DNA of 48,202 bases, taken from the NCBI GenBank assembly GCA_035488115.1, contig DATHLN010000136.1:1-48202 (forward strand). The letters run 5' to 3'. The notes below the pieces were generated by a model that was not told the origin of the DNA, did no database searches, and saw only the letters and a list, made by a program, of their open reading frames with translations. Origin of the DNA: Candidatus Limnocylindrales bacterium. GTDB taxonomy: Bacteria; Vulcanimicrobiota; Vulcanimicrobiia; Vulcanimicrobiales; Vulcanimicrobiaceae. Both the position numbers and the translations under genes were made by a program. Below are positions 1 through 9,287 of the stretch, one piece after another (the first letter of the stretch is position 1; every line of letters begins with the position of its first letter).

Positions 1-748
1 CGGCGGCACCGGCGCACCGCTCGTCCTGTTCGTCGACGCGCTGCTCTTCATGCAACACGCACCCTGCGTCGCCTTGAACCTCGGCGGCATCGCCAACATG
101 ACGCTCCTCCCCGAAGGCATCGCCTTCGACTCTGGCCCGGCGAACCTCCCGATCGACACCTACGTCGCCCTCCGCACGAACGGCACAAAACGCTACGACG
201 AAAACGGAGAGTTGGCGCGAAGAGGAACGGTCGACGAAGCGCTGCTCAACCGCCTGCTGGTCGACCCGTATTTCTCGCGCTCGTTACCGAAGACGACCGG
301 CCGCGAAGAATTCGGCGCGCCATACATCGCGCACTGGCGCGCCGAGCTCGATGCGCTTTCGCTCGCCGACGCCGTCGCGACGTTGACGGCATTGACGGTG
401 CGCACGGTTGCAGAGGCTAAGAAAGGGGCATCGCAACCTTCCCCGCTGATGATCGTCAGTGGTGGCGGGGCGCGTAATCCCGCGCTACTTGCCGGACTTC
501 GTGAGGAGCTTCCGGGCGTACGGATCGCGATCTCCGATGAATTCGGCGTGAACGCTGATGCAAAAGAAGCGATCGCGTTTGCTGTCCTCGGCTACACCAC
601 GCTACGCGGCCGTGCGGCAGGCCTACCGCGCGTCACGGGAGCGAGTGGCCCGCGAATCTTGGGTTCGATCGTCCCTCATGATCTCGACGCATTATTGAAA
701 ACGGTCCACGAAGAGGAATCCCGACAAGGCAGCATCGTGCCGGGGTGA
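1..748 (+). CDS. anmK: Anhydro-N-acetylmuramic acid kinase (5' truncated by window edge)
   Basis: Frame is open from base 2 (GGTGAPLV...). Motifs LNLGGIAN, FDSGPAN, PKTTGREEF, SGGGARN and KEAIAFA are typical of AnmK; lies upstream of murQ. Confidence 0.93.
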   Translation, partial: GGTGAPLVLFVDALLFMQHAPCVALNLGGIANMTLLPEGIAFDSGPANLPIDTYVALRTNGTKRYDENGELARRGTVDEALLNRLLVDPYFSRSLPKTTGREEFGAPYIAHWRAELDALSLADAVATLTALTVRTVAEAKKGASQPSPLMIVSGGGARNPALLAGLREELPGVRIAISDEFGVNADAKEAIAFAVLGYTTLRGRAAGLPRVTGASGPRILGSIVPHDLDALLKTVHEEESRQGSIVPG

Positions 749-886
749 GTGGGGCGCGGTGCTGTGGCGGGGCGTTGAGGAGGAGTGGAGCCCGGAGGGC
801 GGGAGCGACGACGAATGCGAGCGACCAGAGGCCCATGGATGGGCCGTCGGGAGCGTCCCCGCCACAGCACCGCGCCCCACTCGCCC
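743..886. repeat. Hairpin/MITE-like element E1: perfect 26-bp inverted repeat (747-772 / 857-882) around a core shared with 39000-39146
   Basis: gagtggggcgcggtgctgtggcgggg is the exact reverse complement of ccccgccacagcaccgcgccccactc. Core gggcgggagcg...gcgacc...catggatg...gggagcgt recurs at 39058-39114. Confidence 0.85.
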
Positions 887-941
887 AACCACCACCCCAA
901 CGCCAAGCGGACCGAACGCGCCCGAGGAGAATCAGCCGACG

Positions 942-1838
942 GTGACTGCTGTAGGCGTCGACGCGGGCGGTACTTCCACGGTAGCGGCATTGTCCAGAGA
1001 CGGCGCGCATCTCCGCGAATCGACGAAACCCGGCGCGAACGCGACGACGATTGGTACGGACGACGCGGCCGACATCATCATCACCGCCGTCCGCGACGTT
1101 CTGCAGGGCGAATCGCCCGATGCGATCTACGTCGGCGCCGCCGGCGCGGGACGCGAGCGCGTTGCGCGGGACCTCGAGGAGATGCTCCGCATCGCCTTCC
1201 GCGATGCGACCGTCAGGGTCGGCGACGATGCCGCGATCGCGTTCCGCGCCGCGATCCCGGACGGCGACGGCGCGGTGCTGATCGCCGGAACCGGATCGAC
1301 CGCATACGCGGAACACGGCGAACGAACGCAGCGCGTCGGCGGCCTAGGCTATCTCGCCGGCGACGAAGGATCGGCATTCTGGATGGGAATGCAGGCCGTC
1401 AAGCTGTACGGCCGCGTGCTGGACGGAAGGGCGAACCGCGACGAAACGACAGACCTCGTCGCACGCGCGCTCGGCGCCCCCGACCGCGAACGCTACATCG
1501 AGGCGCTCTACGACGAGCCGCTCAGGCCCTCGAAGATCGCCGCCCTCGCGCCGAGCATCATCGCGTTCGCCGGCAAAGGGAACCGCGCATCGACGAAGAT
1601 CGTGCAACAAGCCGCGCAAGAGCTCGGAGATCTGGTGAAGTCCGCGCTGCGAGCCGTCGAGCTCCTCGACGCCTCGCCGAGAATCGCGCTCGCCGGCGGC
1701 CTGTTCCGCGAGAACAGCCTGCTGACGTTCCTGATCGAACAACGCCTCACCGGCGACGTTGCCGGCGGGACGATCGTGAAGGGCGGCGACGAGCCCGTCC
1801 GCGGCGCGCTCCGCCTCGCCGAACGCCTCGCCCGATGA
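942..1838 (+). CDS. BadF/BadG/BcrA/BcrD-family sugar kinase (N-acetylglucosamine/MurNAc kinase-like)
   Basis: VGVDAGGTST, VLIAGTGS and GGLGYLAGDEGSAFW motifs. GTG start at 942 follows GAGGAG; the longer ORF-track N-terminus runs through element E1. Confidence 0.85.
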   Translation: MTAVGVDAGGTSTVAALSRDGAHLRESTKPGANATTIGTDDAADIIITAVRDVLQGESPDAIYVGAAGAGRERVARDLEEMLRIAFRDATVRVGDDAAIAFRAAIPDGDGAVLIAGTGSTAYAEHGERTQRVGGLGYLAGDEGSAFWMGMQAVKLYGRVLDGRANRDETTDLVARALGAPDRERYIEALYDEPLRPSKIAALAPSIIAFAGKGNRASTKIVQQAAQELGDLVKSALRAVELLDASPRIALAGGLFRENSLLTFLIEQRLTGDVAGGTIVKGGDEPVRGALRLAERLAR

Positions 1839-2719
1839 CGGAACTCCCGGCGACCGAAGCCCTCGACCCCGCGACCGCGGAGATCGACCGCCTCGACGAC
1901 ACCGAGCTCGCGCGCGTGCTCATCGAAACGCATCGCACCGCGGTCGACGCCGCACTCGCCGCAGCCAACGAGATCGCCCGCGCGACGACGCTGGTCGCCG
2001 AAGCGATCCGCCGGGGCGGCCGCGTCGTGCTGGTGGGCGCGGGCACGAGCGGCAGACTCGCGGTGCTCGACGCCTCCGAACTGCCCCCGACGTTCGGCCT
2101 CGATCCGGCCGTCGTCGAAGGACGTATCGCGGGCGGCGACATCGCACTGCGCCACGCGGTCGAAGGTGCGGAGGACGATGCGGACGCCGGCGCGCGCGCA
2201 GTGGAGGACGTCGGACCGAACGACGTGGTGATCGGGCTCTCCGCGAGCGGCGGCGCACCGTTCGTGCGGGCCGCAATGCTCGCCGCACGCGAACGCGGCG
2301 CGGCCACGATCGGGATCACCAACGCCGCGAACGGCGCGCTCGCGCGCGACGCCGCCGTCGGCATCATCGCCGCGACGGGCGCCGAACCGATCCAAGGCTC
2401 GACGCGGATGCGCGCCGGAACCGCGCAGAAGATCGTCCTCAACGCGATCTCGACCGGCGCGATGATCCGGCTCGGAAAGACCTACGGAAACCGCATGGTC
2501 GACGTCGTGGCGACGAACGCGAAACTGCGTGCGCGCAGCGAACGCCTCGTGCGCGACCTCGCCGGCGAGACCGACCCGCGCGCACTCCTCGACCGCGCCG
2601 GCGGTTCGGTGAAGACCGCCGTCGTCATGGCGCGCCGCGAGGTGGACCGCACGGAAGCCGAGCGCCTGCTTCGTGAGGCGGGCGGAAGACTCGCCCGCGT
2701 CATCGGCGATCGAGCGTGA
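1835..2719 (+). CDS. murQ: N-acetylmuramic acid 6-phosphate etherase
   Basis: GAGTSGRL, DASELPPTFG, AVEGAED, GSTRMRAGTAQK and GNRMVDV motifs; ATGA overlap with the upstream kinase. Confidence 0.95.
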   Translation: MTELPATEALDPATAEIDRLDDTELARVLIETHRTAVDAALAAANEIARATTLVAEAIRRGGRVVLVGAGTSGRLAVLDASELPPTFGLDPAVVEGRIAGGDIALRHAVEGAEDDADAGARAVEDVGPNDVVIGLSASGGAPFVRAAMLAARERGAATIGITNAANGALARDAAVGIIAATGAEPIQGSTRMRAGTAQKIVLNAISTGAMIRLGKTYGNRMVDVVATNAKLRARSERLVRDLAGETDPRALLDRAGGSVKTAVVMARREVDRTEAERLLREAGGRLARVIGDRA

Positions 2720-3125
2720 ACACCGTCCCGCCGCGGTCGGCGTAACCGCGGGCCGAGAAGAAGGCGCGCAACGCCGGATCGCTCGGCACCGCCGCTTCGA
2801 CGCGATTGACGCCGAGCTGATCGAGCCGCCCATGGAGGGTGGCTAGCAGCGCCGAGCCGATCCCGCGACGGCGCCGGTCCTCGGCGACGTAGAGATCGCG
2901 GATCGCGCCGACGAGGCCGCCCGTCTCGGTGGAGATCGCGAACGCGGCCGAAACGCAGCCTGCGGGTATACCGTCGTCGTACGCCAGCCACACGAACCCG
3001 TAGTCGGGGCGGTCGACGAACAGCGCCAGCGCATCGCCGAGAGCCGCCTCGTCCGCGCGGAAACGCTTCATCAACGCGAAGGCGTCGAACCGCTCGGCGC
3101 CCGCCATCGTACGGCACTCGATCAT
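2700..3125 (-). CDS. GNAT family N-acetyltransferase
   Basis: DLYVAEDRRRRGIGSALL acetyl-CoA motif A and FFSARGY C-terminal motif; start chosen at MIECR. Confidence 0.8.
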   Translation of the reverse strand: MIECRTMAGAERFDAFALMKRFRADEAALGDALALFVDRPDYGFVWLAYDDGIPAGCVSAAFAISTETGGLVGAIRDLYVAEDRRRRGIGSALLATLHGRLDQLGVNRVEAAVPSDPALRAFFSARGYADRGGTVFTLDRR

Positions 3126-3145
3126 CTCGGAAGGAACCTCACACC

Positions 3146-3538
3146 ATGCTCTTCGACTCGCTCCGCCGTTCGCTTCCCGTGCTCGCCGCGCTAGCGTTCG
3201 TCGCATCGTCGACGCTCGCCGCGCAGGCGCAGGTCACCCAACGCCAAGGTGCCTCGGTCCCGGGCGGCAAGATCCGTGACTGCCACGGCTACGTCCGCCA
3301 CGTCTCCGACACGAACATCCGCGTGCACTGCATCGACGGCGTCCCGGCCGACCTCTCGTTCCTCTACGCGCCGAACTTCGCGACGCTGGTGAAGAACGGC
3401 AAGAGCGTGCAGACCAAGGATCTCAGGCCGAACACGCCGGTGCACGTCGAGTTCACGCAGTCGCTCGGCGTCCGCAAAGCGTACAAGATCTTCGTCGCCG
3501 ATCCGCGCGGCCACGGGGACTACGGCTTCAAGAGTTAA
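3146..3538 (+). CDS. Hypothetical secreted small beta protein (OB-fold-like)
   Basis: Signal peptide ending AQA; DLRPNTPVHVEF pattern; host-like codon usage. Confidence 0.65.
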   Translation: MLFDSLRRSLPVLAALAFVASSTLAAQAQVTQRQGASVPGGKIRDCHGYVRHVSDTNIRVHCIDGVPADLSFLYAPNFATLVKNGKSVQTKDLRPNTPVHVEFTQSLGVRKAYKIFVADPRGHGDYGFKS

Positions 3539-3567
3539 ACGGACCGGCCGACGAGAAGAGCGCCGCG

Positions 3568-5142
3568 GTGCAGTCCATCGGGGCGCTTTTCTCATCACTG
3601 CTCGCGCTGACGTTCGTCGTCGTCCCGCTCGACGACCGGCCGGTGACGGCACAGCTGCCGCGCTTGCTCGGCGCGATCGCGGGCGTGCAGGTCGCGGAGC
3701 CGCCGCGGCCGATGCTCGGACACTATCTCACCCCCGGCGACGCACCCGGGATCATGCGCTGGCTGCGCAACGACGCGCCGTCCGACGCGCGCGCCTACGT
3801 CGTCTCGCAAGACATGATCGTCTACGGCGGCCTGGTCGCCTCGCGCATCCCCGGCGTCTCGCGCGCGCAAGCGTACACGCGGCTCCAGGACCTCGCTGCG
3901 ATCCGCGCAGCGCGGCCGAACGCGTCGTTCTCGGTCTTCGGTACCGTGATGAGGCTCGCACCGACCGGCGTGCCGAAGCTCGGCGACGCGGCGAATTTTC
4001 CGTTCGCGGGCGGCGGCGTCTGGGGTGCGATCCAGCAGTACGCGAACCTGCCCGATCCGCCGCAGACCGACGAGCAGCGCGCGTTCGCCGCGAAGCTGCG
4101 CGCGCAGCTCGGCCCGGCGCTCGACGCGTACCTGCAGACGCGGGCGCGTGATCGCGACGTCGATCTCTTCTCGCTGCGAACCGCCGCGGAAGGCGGGTTC
4201 GACCGCGTCGTGCTCGGGCAGGACGACGCCGGCCCGGTCGGATTGCACTTGCGCGACCTCGCCGCACTGCGCGACTTCGCGGCGCGCTGGATCCCGCCGT
4301 CGCGCGCGTCGATCGAGCCGGGCGCCGACGAGCTCGCGATGGTGCTGGTCGCGGCGGCGCTCGCGCGCGAGGCGCGGATCGTCCCGCGCGTCCACGTCGT
4401 GTACTCGCGGCCCGACGGCGGAAGCGTCAACGACCCGTTCGAGTTCGCGCCGATCGCGACGACGGTCGGCGACGTGATCCGCTCCTGCGGCGGCGTCGCG
4501 GCGCTCGACGGCCAGCGCGCGGACGTGGACTTGTTCGTGCGCGTCGCGGGCTCGAGCTCGCCCGACGAGGCGGCCTTCACCGGCGCGATCGTGCACGATC
4601 TCATCACGCCGGGCTCGCCGCTCGTGGCGATCGCCGACCTGACGTTCCTCGCCACCGACGACTACGCGCAGCAGCGCGCGCTGACCGACGCGCTGGTCGA
4701 GCGCGGTATCGCCGGGCGTGTCGCCGCGTTCGCGTCGTGGAACACCGTCGCGAACACGGTCGGCACGGCGCTGCCGGAGGCGATCGCCGTCGCGGCCGGT
4801 CGCAAGCTCGGGACGTACGACGATCGCGCGCACGCGACGTTCACCTTCATGCGCTACGTCGACGACGTCGCGTTCCACACCGCGGTGCGCCCACAGCTCA
4901 ACACCGGGTTGAACGCGCAGGGCGTGACCGATCACACCTACCTGACGCCGGAGGTCGCGCGGCGCACGGCGTCCGAGGATCGCGCGCTGCTCTGGCCGGC
5001 GGGGCTGGATCTGCTGGCGCGGATCGAGCCGCAGTTCCGCGACGCCGGGTTCACGATCACGCTGCCGTGGGACCGTACCTTCGAGACCGAGCTCGACATC
5101 CGGTTGGCGCGGCTCCGATCGCCCGTACGGCGGCGGCGTTAG
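3568..5142 (+). CDS. DUF4127 family protein
   Basis: VPLDDRPVT, YGGLVASR, LGQDDA, PGADE, ASWNTVANTVGTAL and LPWDRTFE are characteristic of DUF4127. Confidence 0.8.
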   Translation: MQSIGALFSSLLALTFVVVPLDDRPVTAQLPRLLGAIAGVQVAEPPRPMLGHYLTPGDAPGIMRWLRNDAPSDARAYVVSQDMIVYGGLVASRIPGVSRAQAYTRLQDLAAIRAARPNASFSVFGTVMRLAPTGVPKLGDAANFPFAGGGVWGAIQQYANLPDPPQTDEQRAFAAKLRAQLGPALDAYLQTRARDRDVDLFSLRTAAEGGFDRVVLGQDDAGPVGLHLRDLAALRDFAARWIPPSRASIEPGADELAMVLVAAALAREARIVPRVHVVYSRPDGGSVNDPFEFAPIATTVGDVIRSCGGVAALDGQRADVDLFVRVAGSSSPDEAAFTGAIVHDLITPGSPLVAIADLTFLATDDYAQQRALTDALVERGIAGRVAAFASWNTVANTVGTALPEAIAVAAGRKLGTYDDRAHATFTFMRYVDDVAFHTAVRPQLNTGLNAQGVTDHTYLTPEVARRTASEDRALLWPAGLDLLARIEPQFRDAGFTITLPWDRTFETELDIRLARLRSPVRRRR

Positions 5143-5160
5143 GCGCCCAACGCTTCGGGG

Positions 5161-6108
5161 CTACGGGTCGGTCGTGCCGATGTCGCCGGAGAGGCCGATC
5201 AGCTCTTCGGGGGCGAGGCGGTTCGTCGGGCGCAGCTCGGCGAAGCTGATCGTCACGTCGTCGAGACGGCCGCCGGACGTCTGGAGCGGCGCGAGCGCCG
5301 TCTCGCGGGCGACGTACGTTCCGCCTTGGAGCTGCGCGAAGTCGACGCGCCAGCCGACGTCCTGAAGGGGCGAACGGTTTCCGACCCCCGCGACGACGGC
5401 GCGGACCGGCAGCGAGGTCTTCGGCTCGGTCCACAGCTCGCGCAGGCGAAAGCGCTTCGGCTCGCGGAGCGGGCGCAGCCCGAGATGGTGCAGCGCGGTG
5501 CCGGCTTCGTCGACGTCGCCGAGGTTCGTGATCTCGTACGTGCGCGCGATCGTCCCGGTGCGGCCGATCCGCGGTAGCGTCGTGACCGCGGATGAAACCT
5601 GGCTCATGTCGTTGGTCGCGGCGATCGGCGGCGCGTTGAGCGCGAGCCCGAAGTCCTGATCGACCGCGAACGAGAGCTGGCCGATCGGGTCGTCCGTCGG
5701 CTCGTGCGTCAGGATCGCGCCCTTCGGCGGGATGCCCATGACGGGGCCGCTCGGGCCGCCGTTGACGCCGAAGTTGATCCCGTGCGGCACGTGCGGATGC
5801 GCCTCTTCCTCGCGGCTGATCGATTTCGCGTGAACCAGCCGGCGCCGCATGTCTTCGATCGTCGCCCAGGTGCTGGTGATCTCCCGGCCGCCGTGATGAA
5901 ACCGCAGGACGGTCACGTAGACCGTGTAGTGCGCGTAGGCGCTCTCCGAGCGCGCCGCGCGCGCGGCGGCGAACAGTGTATCGCCATCGGCGGCCGTCCC
6001 TGAAGCGGGCGCCGGGCTCGGTGTTCCGATCGGTGGCGGCGCCGCGCCGAGCATGCCCGCCGTCAAGACGGCCGCTGCGGCGATCCTCGCGAGACGATCA
6101 CGTGCCAT
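5161..6108 (-). CDS. Hypothetical secreted protein
   Basis: Signal peptide and Pro-rich linker; LRELWTEPKTSLPVR resembles beta-rich lipoprotein-sorting-like folds. Confidence 0.6.
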   Translation of the reverse strand: MARDRLARIAAAAVLTAGMLGAAPPPIGTPSPAPASGTAADGDTLFAAARAARSESAYAHYTVYVTVLRFHHGGREITSTWATIEDMRRRLVHAKSISREEEAHPHVPHGINFGVNGGPSGPVMGIPPKGAILTHEPTDDPIGQLSFAVDQDFGLALNAPPIAATNDMSQVSSAVTTLPRIGRTGTIARTYEITNLGDVDEAGTALHHLGLRPLREPKRFRLRELWTEPKTSLPVRAVVAGVGNRSPLQDVGWRVDFAQLQGGTYVARETALAPLQTSGGRLDDVTISFAELRPTNRLAPEELIGLSGDIGTTDP

Positions 6109-6149
6109 TCACGCCGTGAACGCCTCCGATCGCGCGGCGGTTCCGTGGA

Positions 6150-6557
6150 TCAGTGCTCGGGCTGGCAGAGCTCGATGAGCACTCCGGCGGTCGACTTCGG
6201 GTGCAGGAACGCGATCGTGTTTCCGTGCGCCCCTTTGCGCGGCTCCTCGTCGATGAGCCGCACGCCGGCCGCCTTGAGCCGAGCCAGCTCCGCGCGAATG
6301 TCGCTCACGCGGTACGCCGTATGGTGCAGCTTCGTCTCGGCCTCTCCGCGGTACTTCGCGATCGGCGAGTCCTCGCTGAGCGGCCGCAACAGCTCGATCA
6401 CCGCGTCCCCGGTGCGGAGCCCCACGGCCTCGATCCCCTGATCCGCGACGATCTGCCGATAGACCTGACTGAATCCCAGCGTCCCGGTGTACAGCCGGAT
6501 CGCCGCGTCGAGGTCCTTGACGACGATCGCGACGTGATCGATCGGCGCGTCGATCAT
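6150..6557 (-). CDS. mce: Methylmalonyl-CoA epimerase
   Basis: IDHVAIVV, IELLRP, LHHTAYRV and AFLHPKSTAGVLIEL VOC motifs; downstream of the mutase. Confidence 0.93.
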   Translation of the reverse strand: MIDAPIDHVAIVVKDLDAAIRLYTGTLGFSQVYRQIVADQGIEAVGLRTGDAVIELLRPLSEDSPIAKYRGEAETKLHHTAYRVSDIRAELARLKAAGVRLIDEEPRKGAHGNTIAFLHPKSTAGVLIELCQPEH

Positions 6558-7186
6558 TGCGATTCGCGGGGGCGTGCGGCATCGCTAAGCGCCGTGACCC
6601 ATTCGAGCGCAGATCCAATACTGCGAAAAGGCTTGATGCCGGCGCTTGCTAATTCACCTAGAACGGCTGCCTTGTCGCCGAAATCCTTGGTATTTTTCGT
6701 TGCGAAACCAACGTGCTTTTCAGGCTCATTGCGAGCGTGCTCTACGACGCTCGCCAAGATCATGTCGTCCGGCTCCGAGGGTATGACGCGCGGTTCGGCA
6801 CCGTCAGCCGCCCAACGCCGCGATAGCGCAATGAGCCGACCGTGCGTAGCGATGCGCTGTATGCAGCGAGCCGCCCGGCCTCGGACGGAGTTCATTTGCT
6901 TATCGGCTTGAACGCGCGCGTTGTCGAGAATCGCGGCCGCCGACGGTCCGAGAGCCGTTTGCCGTCTCTTGTAGTCATCGATGTGTTTCTGGAGCCGCCG
7001 GGTCAACGACGCCGTTCCACGGCGTTCGCGCTCCCAGACCTTGAACGTCTCCATCACGCAAACTTCGGGCAAGCACAGCTCTACCCGCTGTGACTCCGCG
7101 AAAGCCAAGAGCAGCTCGGCGTCAGCATCTTGGCCTTTCGCCACTGACATGACGAAGTTCGTCTCGACGTAGAGCCGCGGGCTCAT
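6554..7186 (-). CDS. PIN-domain protein (DUF4935-like)
   Basis: N-terminal LYVETNFV, CLPEVCVME, DDMILASV and FATKNTKDF match the PIN acidic/TxN motifs; more A/T-ending codons than flanks. Confidence 0.75.
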   Translation of the reverse strand: MSPRLYVETNFVMSVAKGQDADAELLLAFAESQRVELCLPEVCVMETFKVWERERRGTASLTRRLQKHIDDYKRRQTALGPSAAAILDNARVQADKQMNSVRGRAARCIQRIATHGRLIALSRRWAADGAEPRVIPSEPDDMILASVVEHARNEPEKHVGFATKNTKDFGDKAAVLGELASAGIKPFRSIGSALEWVTALSDAARPRESQ

Positions 7187-7596
7187 GCCGCTAGCGCAGC
7201 GACTACGTCCTCCGGAAGTGCGCTCTTCCCGGGCGGTTGCTTTGCTAGCGTAGACAATGAAAAGTGGTTCAGCCAAGCCTGCATCAAGCTGAGGAGATAG
7301 TCTTCGTACACCACCTCACGCGAGAAATCCGGGTCGTATTCGCTGAGGATCGCGGCGGTCGGCAGCTCGGCGACCGGCGTCGCGTCCATTCGCGGGTCGC
7401 GGTAGACCCAGATATGCTCGTTGTCGGCGAGTAGGGTCACGGCGATCTGCTGTCCGTGGTCCGCAGCATTCTGTCGAAGCTTTTCGAGGATGGACGAGCG
7501 GTCGGCATTCGAGAGCCGCCGCTTCACCTCAACCAGGATCACGCCGTACGGTGTCTCGACGGCGAAGTCCGGTCCAACGTCCTTCCACGGACTCAT
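7183..7596 (-). CDS. Small PD-(D/E)XK restriction-endonuclease-fold protein (hypothetical)
   Basis: PDFAVE...ILVEVK motif; ATGA-coupled to both neighbours. Confidence 0.6.
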   Translation of the reverse strand: MSPWKDVGPDFAVETPYGVILVEVKRRLSNADRSSILEKLRQNAADHGQQIAVTLLADNEHIWVYRDPRMDATPVAELPTAAILSEYDPDFSREVVYEDYLLSLMQAWLNHFSLSTLAKQPPGKSALPEDVVAALAA

Positions 7597-9170
7597 GCGA
7601 TTCTCTCCCTGGCAACGTGCGTTCCGAAGACGTCACGTAAGACGTTGCAGATCTCGCCCAAGGTTGCACCCGCGTCCACGGCTTCGATGAAGGGCGGCAT
7701 GAGATTTGTAGTACCCTCGGCGGCGTGTCGTATCGCTTCGAGCGCCGATTCGGTGCGGGCGGCGTCGCGGCGTTCGCGGAAAGCGCGCGTGCGTGCGATT
7801 TGGTCGCGCTCGATTGCGGGATCGATGCGCTGGATCGGCATCGTCACCCCGTTCGCGCCTTCGTTGAACTTGTTCACGCCGACGACGACCTGCTTGCCGC
7901 GCTCGATCGCCTGCTGCGCGCGGTAGGCGCTCTCGCCGATCTGGTCCTGCATCCAGCCGCTCTCGACCGCCGCGACCGCGCCGCCCATCGCGTCGATCTC
8001 CGCGATCAGCTCGCGGGCGCGCGCGATGAGCTCGCCGGTCAGCGACTCGACGTAGTACGAGCCGGCGAGCGGGTCGACGACGTCGGAGACGCCGCTCTCG
8101 TACGCGATGATCTGCTGCGTGCGCAGCGCGACGCGCGCGGCGCGCTCCGTCGGGAGCCCGAGCGCCTCGTCCTGGCCGTTCGTGTGCAGCGACTGCGTCC
8201 CGCCGAGGACGGCCGCGAGCGCCTGTAGCGCGACGCGCACGACGTTGTTCTCCGGCTCCTGCGCGGTCAGCGTCGAGCCGCCGGTCTGGGTGTGGAACCG
8301 GAGCATCTGCGACTTCGGGTCGTGCGAGCCGAACTCGTCGCGCACGATCTCGGCCCACAGCGTGCGCGCGGCGCGGAACTTCGCGACCTCCTCGAAGAAG
8401 TCGTTGTGCGCGTTCCAGAAGAAGGAGATGCGCGGCGCCACCGTGTCGACGGCGAGCCCGGCTTGCTGCGCGGCGTGCAGGTACGCTTTCGCGTCGGCGA
8501 GCGTGAACGCGATCTCTTGCAGCGCCGTCGAGCCCGCTTCGCGGATGTGGTAGCCGGAGATCGAGATCGTGTTCCAGTTCGGCACCTCGGCCGCGCAGTA
8601 TGCCATCACGTCCGTGACGAGCCGCATCGAAGGGCCGGGCGGATAGATGTACGTGCCGCGCGCGACGTACTCTTTGAGGACGTCGTTCTGCACCGTCCCG
8701 CCGAGCTTGTCGAACGGGATCCCGCGGCGGCGCGCGACGGCGAGCACGAACGCGAGCAGGATCGAGGCCGGCGCGTTGATCGTCATCGACACCGTCACGC
8801 GGTCGAGCGGAATCTGGTCGAAGAGCGTCTCGACGTCCTCGATCGTGTCGATCGCCACGCCGACCTTGCCGACCTCGCCGCGAGACTGCGGCGCGTCGGA
8901 GTCGTAGCCGAGCTGGGTCGGCAGATCGAACGCCACCGAGAGCCCGCTCACGCCGTGCGCGAGCAGGTAGCGGTAGCGCTCGTTCGATTCGGCGGCGGTC
9001 GCGAAACCGGCGTACTGGCGCATCGTCCAGAGCCGCCCGCGGTACATGTCGCGGCGGATCCCGCGCGTGTACGGGAACTCGCCCGGCGGCGCGCGGCGTA
9101 CCGGCGGGTCGGGCTCCTCGTAGAACGGCCGCAGCGGGATGCCGCTGGCGTTGAGATCGCGGGCGCTCAC
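7593..9170 (-). CDS. Methylmalonyl-CoA mutase, substrate-binding (large) subunit
   Basis: [18 protein letters not shown] (Tyr specificity residue), [21 protein letters not shown] and GGTQSLHTN; no B12-binding domain. Confidence 0.95.
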   Translation of the reverse strand: MSARDLNASGIPLRPFYEEPDPPVRRAPPGEFPYTRGIRRDMYRGRLWTMRQYAGFATAAESNERYRYLLAHGVSGLSVAFDLPTQLGYDSDAPQSRGEVGKVGVAIDTIEDVETLFDQIPLDRVTVSMTINAPASILLAFVLAVARRRGIPFDKLGGTVQNDVLKEYVARGTYIYPPGPSMRLVTDVMAYCAAEVPNWNTISISGYHIREAGSTALQEIAFTLADAKAYLHAAQQAGLAVDTVAPRISFFWNAHNDFFEEVAKFRAARTLWAEIVRDEFGSHDPKSQMLRFHTQTGGSTLTAQEPENNVVRVALQALAAVLGGTQSLHTNGQDEALGLPTERAARVALRTQQIIAYESGVSDVVDPLAGSYYVESLTGELIARARELIAEIDAMGGAVAAVESGWMQDQIGESAYRAQQAIERGKQVVVGVNKFNEGANGVTMPIQRIDPAIERDQIARTRAFRERRDAARTESALEAIRHAAEGTTNLMPPFIEAVDAGATLGEICNVLRDVFGTHVARERIA

Positions 9171-9287
9171 GAAGGATCGTTGCGCCGGGCGAGGCGTCGC
9201 GACCTATGCAGCGCTCGATCGGCCGGTCGGCCGCCTGCCGTGGAGCGCGCGAAACAACGTCAGGTTTTCCGCCGTACCAGCGGGCGT

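Noticed and set aside
759-941. N-terminal extension of the BadF-type kinase
   Set aside because: Read-through of element E1; an RBS and GTG precede the conserved domain start at 942.
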